Below the pieces are notes generated by a model that was given only the letters and a program-made list of their open reading frames with translations, had not been told where the DNA came from and did no database searches. This document shows positions 1-8,764 of a stretch of DNA of 28,607 nucleotides, piece by piece; the stretch's first letter is position 1, and each line of letters opens with the position of its first letter. This stretch comes from a virus (lineage: Duplodnaviria > Caudoviricetes): IMG/VR virus record IMGVR_UViG_3300009151_000287, positions 1-28,607 of that record. One strand, written 5' to 3'. Both the position numbers and the translations under genes were made by a program.

Positions 1-24
1 GAACCGACTGGCTTACAGAAGGTT

Positions 25-1653
25 ATGGTTGACCTTGACGCGCAACGTAATGCGATGAACGAGGCGTTGTTGCGTATGCGCCAAAGTCTGGATGAGCGCA
101 AGAACAAGTTGTTTGACCCCGTCCTGATGCAGACCGCCGCAGGCTTCTTAAAACCCACCAAAACGGGTTCGTTTGGCGAGTCTTTGGGGTATGCCGCAGA
201 AAACGCTGGAGCGGCGGCTGAGAAGCAACAAATAGAAGACGCTCAAAACCAGAAGCTGGAAATGGAGTTGATGGAAAAGCAACAGGCTTTCAATCAACAA
301 AATGCAATGTCCAGCTACCGCGCTGGCAAGCTAGGCCTATTGCCTACGGCTGGCACTCCCGCTGGCGAACCCTCTGCTGGCGCACCTTCTGTTGGCGCAC
401 CGCCTGCACCAAGCGCCGCATCTGGCGCGTTGTCACTGCGGCCCGGACAGTTACCTTCGAGCGTCGCTGGTCGCGCAAGCCCCGCTGGTGGCGCAATTCA
501 AAGGCCCGCAATTACCGACAGGGAAATTGAAGAGTCATACTTGGTTGACCCAAGCGGCAAGTTGGCAAAAGAATTGACAGAGATGGCAAAACTTCAGCGC
601 GAAGACACCATCGTGATTGACAACAAGCCATACAGCAAAAGCCGACAAGAATTTGGCGAGGGCAATCCTGACACGGTTGTCGAGCGAGACTTTGGTCGTT
701 ACATCGGAACCAAAAAAGTTCCTTATTGGTTCAGCAAGCAGTACGACGAAGTTTTGGCAGAAGCTAAAGAGAAAAACCAACCTGAACTCGTGTTTGATTT
801 CTTCAAAAAATACGATATGTTGGAGCCGCCGCGTGGAAAAGATGCGGCTGGCAAGCCTTTTTACGAGACACCAAAAGAAAAAGAAAATCGCGAAGCAATC
901 ATTCAAGAGCGCCTCAAGGCTCAAGTTGGAGAAGAGAAGAGCCAGATTACCTTCTTGGAGACAAACGCAAGGCTTAGTCGCGATACGATGAATGTTGCAA
1001 AAGATATTCGCGCAACGGCAGAAGCAAACCCAAGGGCTTTTGATTTGTTGAACAACCCCGGCATTGCGGACGCTGTCAAACGCGCCGCAGAACGAGGCAT
1101 CACCGCTGGAAGTTTAGGCAACTTCAGCATACCTACGCGTGAGTTGGAAACTTATAGGTTAGATGCAAATGACCGTCAGGCATTACAATTGATGGCTCAA
1201 AAACTTAGCCAGTTGACGGTGCAGTTCCGTAAATCTGCACGCGCACCGGGCGAGGGCGCTACAACCGAGAGCGAAGGCCGACTCTATGCGGAGTTGGGTG
1301 CTTTGCCTAGCGATACCGCAAAAGTCATTCGACTCAAAATGGAAGCCTTGGAAGAGAAAGCTAAGTTTGACCAACAAGTGTTCAAAGTCTGGACAAAGTT
1401 CAGCAAAAACCCAGAGAACACCTATCGCGACTTTTTGGCTTCTGGTTACGAAGAAGGCACAGAACTCAACAAGGTTATGCAGAGTTACGACTCAAGACTT
1501 GAGAAGATTCGTAGCGCCAATGCGGACTTGTTCCGCACCGCGCCAAAGTCTGAAGCTGCTCCTGCGGCCCCCTCCGCGACACCAGCCAAGCCTGCCCCAG
1601 CGGGGGAAACCTATTCCCAAAGGTTGGAGCGGCTTAAAAAAGAAGGTAAATAG
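25..1653 (+). CDS. putative internal virion / DNA ejection protein (may start upstream of the window)
   Basis: 542-aa helical A/E/K/Q-rich ORF with Pro/Ala linkers; frame is open from base 1; lies directly before a transglycosylase gene at the end of the virion module. Confidence 0.55.
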   Translation: MVDLDAQRNAMNEALLRMRQSLDERKNKLFDPVLMQTAAGFLKPTKTGSFGESLGYAAENAGAAAEKQQIEDAQNQKLEMELMEKQQAFNQQNAMSSYRAGKLGLLPTAGTPAGEPSAGAPSVGAPPAPSAASGALSLRPGQLPSSVAGRASPAGGAIQRPAITDREIEESYLVDPSGKLAKELTEMAKLQREDTIVIDNKPYSKSRQEFGEGNPDTVVERDFGRYIGTKKVPYWFSKQYDEVLAEAKEKNQPELVFDFFKKYDMLEPPRGKDAAGKPFYETPKEKENREAIIQERLKAQVGEEKSQITFLETNARLSRDTMNVAKDIRATAEANPRAFDLLNNPGIADAVKRAAERGITAGSLGNFSIPTRELETYRLDANDRQALQLMAQKLSQLTVQFRKSARAPGEGATTESEGRLYAELGALPSDTAKVIRLKMEALEEKAKFDQQVFKVWTKFSKNPENTYRDFLASGYEEGTELNKVMQSYDSRLEKIRSANADLFRTAPKSEAAPAAPSATPAKPAPAGETYSQRLERLKKEGK

Positions 1654-1655
1654 TC

Positions 1656-2741
1656 ATGGATGAGAAAAAATTCAAAGCCTTATCTGAGGCCCAGCAAGGT
1701 ACAGTCATTAAGATTGCCAAGGAGGCCGAGCGCCAAGGCGTAAATCCTGAACTGGCTCTTGCTATTGCTGAGGCGGAGACTGGCGGGAAGTTCTCTCACT
1801 ATGGTAAAGATGGAGTTTTAACCTCTCCTGCTGGCGCTAAAGGCGTAATGCAGACGATGCCCGATACGGTAGACCTGTACAACAAAAAATTCAATCTTGA
1901 CATTGACCCCAATGATGAAGACAGCAACATCAAGGGTGGCGTTTTTATTCTCAAGGACTTATTGACTCAGTACAAAAAACCTCGCAATGCCGTGGCTTTG
2001 TACAACGCCAGCCCTAAAGCTGTTGCGAACTTTTTGAAGACATACGATACAGACCCAGACGCGGCAATTATGTCTTTGCCGAAAGAAACACGAGACTACT
2101 CAACGCGAGTTTCTAAGAACTTCAACCTTGATGATGAAAATGAAACGGGTCTAATTGCTGCTGCCAAAGAAGACGAAGAAGAGACCGAGGCATCAAAGAT
2201 AAAAAGAGAAGAAGCGGAAAAAGAGAAGAAAAAGAAGGAAGAACCCGCTCCCCCTCCAGCTTTGATTGATAATTTAATTGAGTCTTCTGAAAAAATTGAC
2301 CCACAAAAAGCGGCTCTTGCTGGCGCGGCGGCAAACCTGTTTGCCCCAATGTTTACTGACCCGCAGTTGTCTCCAAGAATTGATACTGGCAAAGCTACTG
2401 AAGCAAACTTAACCGCGCAAGATAAGCTGGAATTGGCTCGTCAAAATTTAAACAGAGCAGTACCTCAAGGCGTAGAAGACCTTGAAAAGACTTACCAGCA
2501 AAGTCAAAATGAACTTGAGCGTATCAAGAACGAGCAAAAATTACTTGAGGCTAGGCTAAAAAGCATACCTCCTGCGCCACCACCAGCCGCTCCTATTCCG
2601 CAAGAGCAGTTGCAAATTGAAGCAAGAAAAATTGCTGGTGCTGGTGCGCCATATAACACCGTTCAGGCAATGGCAAGTGAGCGCGTTCCTTACAGTTTTG
2701 CAAGTCAAGCCATTGATATGAGCCACAATGAAGGGCATTGA
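1656..2741 (+). CDS. virion-associated soluble lytic transglycosylase (SLT) domain protein, N-terminal part
   Basis: SLT motifs ALAIAEAETGG (catalytic E), AGAKGVMQTMPDT, SNIKGG and ALYNA; ends at a TGA after which the same frame stays open. Confidence 0.85.
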   Translation: MDEKKFKALSEAQQGTVIKIAKEAERQGVNPELALAIAEAETGGKFSHYGKDGVLTSPAGAKGVMQTMPDTVDLYNKKFNLDIDPNDEDSNIKGGVFILKDLLTQYKKPRNAVALYNASPKAVANFLKTYDTDPDAAIMSLPKETRDYSTRVSKNFNLDDENETGLIAAAKEDEEETEASKIKREEAEKEKKKKEEPAPPPALIDNLIESSEKIDPQKAALAGAAANLFAPMFTDPQLSPRIDTGKATEANLTAQDKLELARQNLNRAVPQGVEDLEKTYQQSQNELERIKNEQKLLEARLKSIPPAPPPAAPIPQEQLQIEARKIAGAGAPYNTVQAMASERVPYSFASQAIDMSHNEGH

Positions 2742-3455
2742 AGAGGCGCTCACGATATTGTTGATGAGTTCAATAAGGCAAAATCCAAAGTGGCTGATTT
2801 GGGAATGTCTAATTGGGTTCTTACTGGGGAAAAAGGGCCGGGTGAGCTTTATCTTCCACCAGAAATTGCCGACCCAAAGAACGCTGAAATTCAGCAACGC
2901 ACTGAAGCAAATCAAAATCAACAAGCAATCCTTGCCCAACAGCAGGAGCAAGAGCGTCTGCGCCTTCAAGCTGAACTGGAGCGTCTTAATCAAGAACGCG
3001 CATCTCGTGGCGCTGAACACAATGTTGTCACTGGTCAAACCAAGGCGGTGGCTCCTTTACGGCGTGCGCTTACCAAAGCTGAAACCGACGCAGAGATTGC
3101 TCAACGTAAGTTGGCCCGTGCGCAGGAGCAGCCCAGCGCGGCTGGTCGAGTCCTTGAGCGGGCTGGCGTTGCCTCCTCCAAGATTGGCCCAATCCCCCGA
3201 ACCATCGCGGGCGGGCTGGCTGGTATGGCTGGAGTAATGAGTTACCAAGAGGCTTTGAAGCGATACAAGGCTGGAGACACCAGTGAAGCTGTTTTAAAGG
3301 GCTTGCAGGCGGGTTCTGCTGGTTTGTCGTTGCTACCCCCAGCGGGAAAGAAGCTAACCAAATTAAGGGGTCTTGGTGCGCTTGGCGCTATTGGCTCATA
3401 CGGCTACGACCTTGGCAGACAAGTGTTTGATAAAAATTTACCGCAAGAGCCGTAG
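2742..3455 (+). CDS. in-frame continuation of the SLT protein after the TGA at 2739-2741 (ORF track starts it at GTG 2790)
   Basis: Same frame as 1656 (2790-1656=1134); reads ...EGH*RGAHDIVDEFNKAKSKVADLGM...; coiled-coil and Gly/Ala-rich like ejection proteins; no clear SD before 2790. Confidence 0.6.
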   Translation, partial: RGAHDIVDEFNKAKSKVADLGMSNWVLTGEKGPGELYLPPEIADPKNAEIQQRTEANQNQQAILAQQQEQERLRLQAELERLNQERASRGAEHNVVTGQTKAVAPLRRALTKAETDAEIAQRKLARAQEQPSAAGRVLERAGVASSKIGPIPRTIAGGLAGMAGVMSYQEALKRYKAGDTSEAVLKGLQAGSAGLSLLPPAGKKLTKLRGLGALGAIGSYGYDLGRQVFDKNLPQEP

Positions 3456-3490
3456 TAAAAGTTTCGAGGAGCAGTTGCCACTCTCCTTTT

Positions 3491-3516
3491 AGCCCCCTTA
3501 ACGGGGGGCTTTTTTT
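3491..3516 (+). terminator. Rho-independent terminator ending the virion operon
   Basis: AGCCCCCT-TAAC-GGGGGGCT stem-loop followed by a T run, between convergent operons. Confidence 0.85.
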
Positions 3517-3700
3517 ACGCGCTGCCTGCGGTAAACATCAGCAACATTTGGGTCTGTGCGATGCGTTCTTCGGCATCTTTGGCCCCATCATCAAACCCCT
3601 GCTCGTAGGCTTCAAGGCAGGCGCTTGCCAGAACTGCTTCTGGGTCGCGCCGCCCCTCATCGTGTTGTTTTGCTAGGAACTTGATGAGATTGATGTCCAT
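3515..3700 (-). CDS. hypothetical phage protein
   Basis: 61-aa ORF packed in the leftward operon; AYEQGFDDG motif common in small phage proteins. Confidence 0.65.
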   Translation of the reverse strand: MDINLIKFLAKQHDEGRRDPEAVLASACLEAYEQGFDDGAKDAEERIAQTQMLLMFTAGSA

Positions 3701-3702
3701 GA

Positions 3703-3924
3703 TTATTTCGGTCGTTGGGTTTCCAGTGCCTTGGCTACTTCAGGGTTCATGTGGCTCACAATTTCCACGCACCGAGCGTGTTCCTTGCGGGCGTGGGCGA
3801 CCTCCGCGTAGGCCGCTATTTTGTGTGCAAACTGGATGATGTCAACCTCGTCTGCGTAGATTGCATTGGGCAGCTTCTCGTCGCAGTAAAAATAGACTTG
3901 GCGGATTTCTTCTTCACTCAACAT
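3703..3924 (-). CDS. hypothetical phage protein
   Basis: 73-aa ORF with AAGGAG SD upstream. Confidence 0.7.
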   Translation of the reverse strand: MLSEEEIRQVYFYCDEKLPNAIYADEVDIIQFAHKIAAYAEVAHARKEHARCVEIVSHMNPEVAKALETQRPK

Positions 3925-3934
3925 TTTTTGCTCC

Positions 3935-4708
3935 TTACTTGTGTGAGTTTTTCAATTGCCAAAATTGCAGCAGATGCAAGAACATTCCCCAACCACGGTC
4001 AAGGTCTTCGGCGCTCCACTCCTTCACCACGACGAGGTCGGGGACGTTGCGAGAGACAAAGACGTTGGCACAGCGTGCCTTGGGAACTCCTAAACCAACT
4101 CGATATGCCGCCAGTTGCATGAGGTGTTCGTCGTAGCCATCGACCTTGGCTGGGTCGGTGAACTCCTTGGTCTTGATGTCAACCACAAAGCCGCCGTCAG
4201 TTTCACAATAGAGGTCGCATTTGCCCCCAAAGCCCGCCTCATGTGCAAAGGCTCGTTCGCTAATCCATGTTCGTAATCCAACCCAGTTGTCAATTGCGTT
4301 GGCGCAGGCGTTAACACTCTCTTGGTGTTTGCCTGTTGTTTTTCCTTCATAGTATCCTTGAATAGATGCGTGGATGTCAGTCCCCGCGTCAGCCGCCGAG
4401 CGACCCTGCTCTTTGGAATCGTTGATGATTCGGTCGATGTATTCCTTTTCAGGCTCGTCGGGGCGACGGGGAAGAGTGAGCGCGGCAAGCAGTACCTGCT
4501 GTTGGAGCCACGCCAGTAGCGCGGGCTTTGCCGCGACGTTCAAGATTGTAGTGACACTGGGAACCAAGTTCATGGTTCGCGCATCGCGCAAGGTGGTTGC
4601 ACGCGGTGAGCCGTCCTTCTTGGAGGGTACGGTGTACTGCGGCAGGCCATCGCGGGTGTACCAATGGTTGGACTCGCTGGCGCGAATCGCTGGTGTGGTG
4701 ATGCTCAT
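3935..4708 (-). CDS. PD-(D/E)xK exonuclease (Cas4/RecB-like phage nuclease)
   Basis: Motifs PSVTTIL, GTDIH, SE..GFGGKCDL, VVDIKT, QLAAY. Confidence 0.85.
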   Translation of the reverse strand: MSITTPAIRASESNHWYTRDGLPQYTVPSKKDGSPRATTLRDARTMNLVPSVTTILNVAAKPALLAWLQQQVLLAALTLPRRPDEPEKEYIDRIINDSKEQGRSAADAGTDIHASIQGYYEGKTTGKHQESVNACANAIDNWVGLRTWISERAFAHEAGFGGKCDLYCETDGGFVVDIKTKEFTDPAKVDGYDEHLMQLAAYRVGLGVPKARCANVFVSRNVPDLVVVKEWSAEDLDRGWGMFLHLLQFWQLKNSHK

Positions 4709-4929
4709 TCGGCGTCTCCCAAATCAAGTTGGGCTTGGTTGGAGTCTTTGTAGCCCTCCACGACAATGCCCTTGCTGACTGCCGCGACCAACTCGTCTTG
4801 CGTGGGAACGCGGACGGTGAATTGCAGGTGCGCAACGTGGCTAATGGCCTGATGAGGGGTTTGTGCGCGAACAAGGCGGATGGTTCCATCCAGTGCGCCT
4901 ACGATGTAAATACGAGTATTTGTTGCCAT
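4705..4929 (-). CDS. hypothetical phage protein
   Basis: 74-aa ORF; AGGA SD; 4-nt overlap with the next gene. Confidence 0.7.
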   Translation of the reverse strand: MATNTRIYIVGALDGTIRLVRAQTPHQAISHVAHLQFTVRVPTQDELVAAVSKGIVVEGYKDSNQAQLDLGDAE

Positions 4930-4938
4930 GATTTTTCC

Positions 4939-5316
4939 TTACTGAAATTCTTGGGCATCTGCCCAGTTGTACCAGCGCGTGACAAAACTTTTGAGGTCAT
5001 CAAAAGACTTGCCTCGCACCCTAAAACGTCCATCTGAGCAGAGTTGCTCAAACTTCTCTACCACCGTGTCGCCATCTGTGTTGCCTTGGATGATGACTAC
5101 GGTGAACTGGGGTTGCCTTGCCAGATTGCGCAGTAGCAACCCCTGTCCTTGGCTCATGCCTTCACCTTCTCGCTTCCACTCACCAACAAAGAATTTGCAC
5201 TTGCGTTCAAAGACCATGTCAATGTTGCAGGGCGTCGCCTTTGGGTTGGTCTCAATCAGTCCCCTGAACTGAAAGAAATCAACGTGCGTCGCTTGTTGGT
5301 TGCGCATCAGCCGCAT
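4939..5316 (-). CDS. small PD-(D/E)xK-like (VRR-NUC-like) nuclease
   Basis: NIDMVFERKCKFFVGEWKR..S.GQ pattern (D...ExK). Confidence 0.55.
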   Translation of the reverse strand: MRLMRNQQATHVDFFQFRGLIETNPKATPCNIDMVFERKCKFFVGEWKREGEGMSQGQGLLLRNLARQPQFTVVIIQGNTDGDTVVEKFEQLCSDGRFRVRGKSFDDLKSFVTRWYNWADAQEFQ

Positions 5317-5318
5317 GG

Positions 5319-5969
5319 TCAGAAGGGGATGTCGTCGTCCATGTCGTCAAAGCCGCTAGAAGAGGCTGTAGAAAGAGTTGAAGTGCGCGTTCCGCCGCGT
5401 GCCTGCCACTCTGGCGACTTTTGGATTTTCTCCTTCAGGCCATTGCTGAAGCTGTCAAACAGAGCCATATCAGGCTCGTCGATGGAGAACATCTTTAGTT
5501 CGTTGTGGTGCTTTGGCATTCCCGCTTTCTTGACCGCTTGCGGCACAGACATGATGGCGGCAATATTGGTGTACTCCTTGCCGTTATTGCCCATTGCTTT
5601 GATGACCGAGACCATCGCCCAAGCGCCAAGCACGTTCTTGAGTTCAAAGCCGCGCAACTCGTCAGCCGTGAACTCGCGCCCACGCCATGTTTGCAGGTCT
5701 TTGCGCAAGGTGGCTTTCTCCGCCAGTGACAGCGTGAAGTTCTTGCTGATGGACATAGGCTCGCCCTTGGCTGTCACAATGGCGTTGCCATCCTCATCTT
5801 CCCCATGTACCTCAAATTGCAACATCACTTTGGGTAGGTGCTTGACCGTGCCAAGGTAGGTTGTTTCTTGGGTTCCCAAGTCCACGATTCGATAGCACCG
5901 TGCAAGATGCATCCCCTGCGGTACGGGGGTAAAGTCACCGCCGCCGCTTTCTTTCGCTATTAAAGCCAT
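5319..5969 (-). CDS. phage single-stranded DNA-binding protein
   Basis: Acidic C-terminal tail DDMDDDIPF typical of SSBs; start moved to ATG 5969, 6 nt after AGGAG; next to an exonuclease. Confidence 0.75.
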   Translation of the reverse strand: MALIAKESGGGDFTPVPQGMHLARCYRIVDLGTQETTYLGTVKHLPKVMLQFEVHGEDEDGNAIVTAKGEPMSISKNFTLSLAEKATLRKDLQTWRGREFTADELRGFELKNVLGAWAMVSVIKAMGNNGKEYTNIAAIMSVPQAVKKAGMPKHHNELKMFSIDEPDMALFDSFSNGLKEKIQKSPEWQARGGTRTSTLSTASSSGFDDMDDDIPF

Positions 5970-6151
5970 CATTCGCTCCTGATTGATATGGTTTCTAAAG
6001 TCACAATTGGGCGCTTGGGCATCCCGCATTCACTGCGGATGATGTTCCAGTCGCCCTCGGTAGCAACGCCCGTCTCGGCCCTTTGTAGGGCTTCCTCAAG
6101 CATTTGCATTCTTTCCAGCATAAGCTGGAGCATCTCATTTTCGTCGCACAT
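5969..6151 (-). CDS. hypothetical protein, first gene of the leftward operon
   Basis: 60-aa ORF whose TGA overlaps the SSB start. Confidence 0.65.
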   Translation of the reverse strand: MCDENEMLQLMLERMQMLEEALQRAETGVATEGDWNIIRSECGMPKRPIVTLETISIRSE

Positions 6152-6177
6152 AGTTCGCTTTCGAGTTAAACTGGGGC

Positions 6178-6230
6178 TAGTGTATCATGTTTAATCTGGT
6201 GTTGCACAATATTTTTTTGTGGTGTAACAT
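6178..6230. promoter_or_regulatory. overlapping divergent sigma70-like promoters
   Basis: Plus strand TTGCAC(6202-6207)-17 nt-TAACAT(6225-6230); minus strand extended -10 TGaTACACT near 6186-6178. Confidence 0.65.
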
Positions 6231-6255
6231 CGGCTTAACCAAAGAAAGGAACCCA

Positions 6256-6468
6256 ATGACACTTCAAGAGTATTTTCAGGACAAACCGAGAGGGGCCAAG
6301 ATAACGATGGCCCGCAAATTGAACATTAGCAAGACATGGTTTTCATTGATTTGTATGGGACGACAACTGCCTAGTCCCGAACTAGCACGCGACATTGAGT
6401 TGCTTACAGGCAGGAAAGTGAAGAGGGCTGAACTTCGGCCCGACATTTTTGGAAAGACAGCGAAATGA
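6256..6468 (+). CDS. Cro/YdaS-like helix-turn-helix regulator
   Basis: MARKLNISKTWFSLI..G...PSPELA..IE..TG..V...ELRPDIFG signature; AAAGGA SD before ATG 6256. Confidence 0.85.
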   Translation: MTLQEYFQDKPRGAKITMARKLNISKTWFSLICMGRQLPSPELARDIELLTGRKVKRAELRPDIFGKTAK

Positions 6469-7124
6469 TATGGTACAAATTCCACATCGGTGACTACCTC
6501 ACGCACACCGTGCATTTGAGCGACGCAGAGGACTTGGCGTACCGACGCCTGCTTGACCTGTACTACATGAGCGGCAAGGAAATCCCACTTGATACCGAAT
6601 CGGTTTCTAGAAAAATCCGCTTGGATTTAGATATAACCGAATCGGTTTTGAATGAGTTTTTTGAACATACCGAAAAGGGCTATTACAACCATCGTTGTCA
6701 TGTCGAAATAGCAAGATATAACCATCAAGTCGAAAACAACCGACAGCTTGGGAAGCGAGGCGGCAGGCCGTCGAAAAGCGAATCGAAAAGCGAACCGAAA
6801 GCGAACACAAACCCTAACAGAAACAGAAACAGAAATACAAATACCATTTCGTCGGTTCCACCGACAACATCGCGATTCGAAGAATTTTGGAACAATTGGC
6901 CCAACTCAAAACGCAAAGTCGCTAAAACGGCCTGTAGAGCAAAATGGGAGCGTCAAGCACTAGACCCCTTAACCGACGAAATAAATGCAGCGGTGACCCG
7001 TTTAAAGGCCTCTGAGCAGTGGGTTTCGGGGTTTGAGCCTGCGCCACTTACGTTCATCAATCAAAAGCGTTGGGAAGATGATGCGGGAACCGATTCGGTT
7101 ACGAATGGCAGGAGGGTGATATGA
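6465..7124 (+). CDS. DUF1376/YdaU-family replication initiator-like protein
   Basis: N-terminal WYKFHIGDY..T.HLS..E..AYRRLLDLYY, central GKRGGRP linker, C-terminal FEEFW..WP..KVAK...P.TFINQKRWED. Confidence 0.85.
   Translation: MIWYKFHIGDYLTHTVHLSDAEDLAYRRLLDLYYMSGKEIPLDTESVSRKIRLDLDITESVLNEFFEHTEKGYYNHRCHVEIARYNHQVENNRQLGKRGGRPSKSESKSEPKANTNPNRNRNRNTNTISSVPPTTSRFEEFWNNWPNSKRKVAKTACRAKWERQALDPLTDEINAAVTRLKASEQWVSGFEPAPLTFINQKRWEDDAGTDSVTNGRRVI
6771..6844 (+). repeat. tandem repeats inside the initiator gene, candidate replication origin
   Basis: TCGAAAAGCGAA x2 plus CCGAAAGCGAA (6771-6805), then A-rich AACAGA x3; position matches lambdoid origins inside O-like genes. Confidence 0.6.
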
Positions 7125-7345
7125 CGGACGATGAAGCGATTGAATTTGAGCGCCTTAAAACGGCAAGGGATTCTCTGTTGCTGAAGGTCGCAAATTTGCG
7201 CGGGCAGTTGGAAACCATAGCCGCCGATGAGCGTAAGGCGTGTGCTGAATTGTGCATCGAACTTGCGCCGTCAACCAAAACAATGACAGCCTATAAAGTT
7301 TTGCATGAAGCATCAAAAGCAATTCTAGCAAGGGGGCAAGCATGA
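7121..7345 (+). CDS. hypothetical phage protein
   Basis: 74-aa ORF, GGAGG SD, ATGA overlaps at both ends. Confidence 0.7.
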   Translation: MTDDEAIEFERLKTARDSLLLKVANLRGQLETIAADERKACAELCIELAPSTKTMTAYKVLHEASKAILARGQA

Positions 7346-7776
7346 CTCCCGTCGAGCGTATGCTGGGTATGCTGACCAAGGTCAAGGGCCGCAATGGGTC
7401 TTGGACGGCCTGCTGTCCAGCCCACAACGACAAGGGGCCATCGCTTGCCATCCGAGAGACAGAAGACGGGCGAGTCCTGCTTCACTGCTTTGCGGGTTGC
7501 GAGACGTTGAGCGTGGTGCAGGCTTTGGGCATGGACATGACCGACCTATTCCCCCCAGACGACAAGCGCCGCGAGTATCCAGTCGAGGGGAAGAAGAGCA
7601 TGAAGCCAGCGTTCTACGCCAGCGACTTGATGCGAATCATTTCCTTCGAGGCACTGGTGGTGGTGATTTGCGCCTACGACCTCAGCAACGGAAAGAAGTT
7701 GAGTGAGACCGACCGAGAGCGATTAAATTTATCCCAACAGAGAATTGAGGAGGCAATGAGATATGCAAATGTCTGA
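7342..7776 (+). CDS. primase-type zinc-binding domain protein (no TOPRIM domain)
   Basis: CCPAHNDKGPSL...VLLHCFAGC zinc-finger motif. Confidence 0.8.
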   Translation: MTPVERMLGMLTKVKGRNGSWTACCPAHNDKGPSLAIRETEDGRVLLHCFAGCETLSVVQALGMDMTDLFPPDDKRREYPVEGKKSMKPAFYASDLMRIISFEALVVVICAYDLSNGKKLSETDRERLNLSQQRIEEAMRYANV

Positions 7777-8764
7777 CATACAAAAGCGGGCGCAGGAACT
7801 GGATGAAGCCAGACGTATCCGAATCGTTAAACCTGACGAGATTAATTTTGACAAGTACCTGAAAGCCAATGACGTTGCGCAGAAGGTGCGTGATGCGTCT
7901 GAGTTTTTGGCTGAGATTGAAGAAGAGTTGGCAAACCCGACAAAGGAAGAGTTTCAGACCATGCCTTGGACTAAGACCCATCAGGGCTTTCATTTCCGCG
8001 CAGGCGAGGTGACTCTATACGCGGGCGGTAACGGCGGTGGCAAGTCCATGATTACGGGGCAAGTGGCGATGGGCCTCATCAAGCAACGACAGCGCGTGAT
8101 GATTGCCTCTTTTGAGATGAAGCCCAAGCGCACGCTGTTTCGTATGCTGCGCCAGTTCGCAGGCGAGAACATTGATGCGCCGCGCTACATTGACAAGGGC
8201 AGGTACATGAATGCCCTGATTGACCGCTTGCGTCGCTTTGCCCATGCAAACCTGTGGCTTTACGACCAGCAGGGTACGGTGACCGCCCAGCAGGTCATTG
8301 CGGTGTCACGCTACAGCGCGATGGAGTTAGGCGTGCAACACATTTTCATTGACTCGCTGATGAAATGCGTCTCTGGCGAGGATGACTACAACGCGCAGAA
8401 GGCTTTTGTTGATGAGTTGACGTCGCTGGCCCGTGACCACAACGTCCATGTGCATTTGATTCACCACATCCGCAAGCTGGCAAGTGAAGAGGTCAAACCG
8501 AACAAGAACGACATCAAGGGTTCAGGCTCAATCAGCGACCAAGTGGACAACGTGCTGATGGTATGGCGCAACAAGAAGAAGGAGCATGACGCACAGAATG
8601 GCCCAGTTGACCCCATGATTCCAGACGCTTATCTAATGTGCGAGAAGCAAAGAAATGGTGAGGCTGAGGACTGGTATTCGCTTTGGTATCACAAGGACAG
8701 CCAGCAGTTTGTTGAAAACTACGACTCTATTCCGATGTCGTTTGATAACGGAGGGCGGTTTTGA
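7763..8764 (+). CDS. DnaB-like (SF4) replicative helicase
   Basis: Walker A GGNGGGKS, SFEM, Walker B HIFIDSL, HLIHHIRK, DIKGSGSI.D.VDN, KQRNG. Confidence 0.92.
   Translation: MQMSDIQKRAQELDEARRIRIVKPDEINFDKYLKANDVAQKVRDASEFLAEIEEELANPTKEEFQTMPWTKTHQGFHFRAGEVTLYAGGNGGGKSMITGQVAMGLIKQRQRVMIASFEMKPKRTLFRMLRQFAGENIDAPRYIDKGRYMNALIDRLRRFAHANLWLYDQQGTVTAQQVIAVSRYSAMELGVQHIFIDSLMKCVSGEDDYNAQKAFVDELTSLARDHNVHVHLIHHIRKLASEEVKPNKNDIKGSGSISDQVDNVLMVWRNKKKEHDAQNGPVDPMIPDAYLMCEKQRNGEAEDWYSLWYHKDSQQFVENYDSIPMSFDNGGRF

Noticed and set aside
2739-2741. Genome-wide TGA recoding or selenocysteine
   Set aside because: TGA is a normal stop in many genes here, often in ATGA overlaps; only a weak downstream stem and no redox-type context
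2728-3237. 169-aa alternative-frame ORF as a frameshift partner of the SLT gene
   Set aside because: The original frame continues with ejection-protein-like composition; the alternative frame is not protein-like and no slippery site was seen
3491-3516. Bidirectional terminator
   Set aside because: The upstream flank is TTTT, not an A run, so the minus strand has no U tract
3935-4708. Cas4 as part of a CRISPR-Cas system
   Set aside because: No other cas gene or array; it sits beside SSB as an ordinary phage exonuclease
5149-5859. 236-aa plus-strand ORF
   Set aside because: Antisense shadow of the SSB and nuclease genes; no SD or motif
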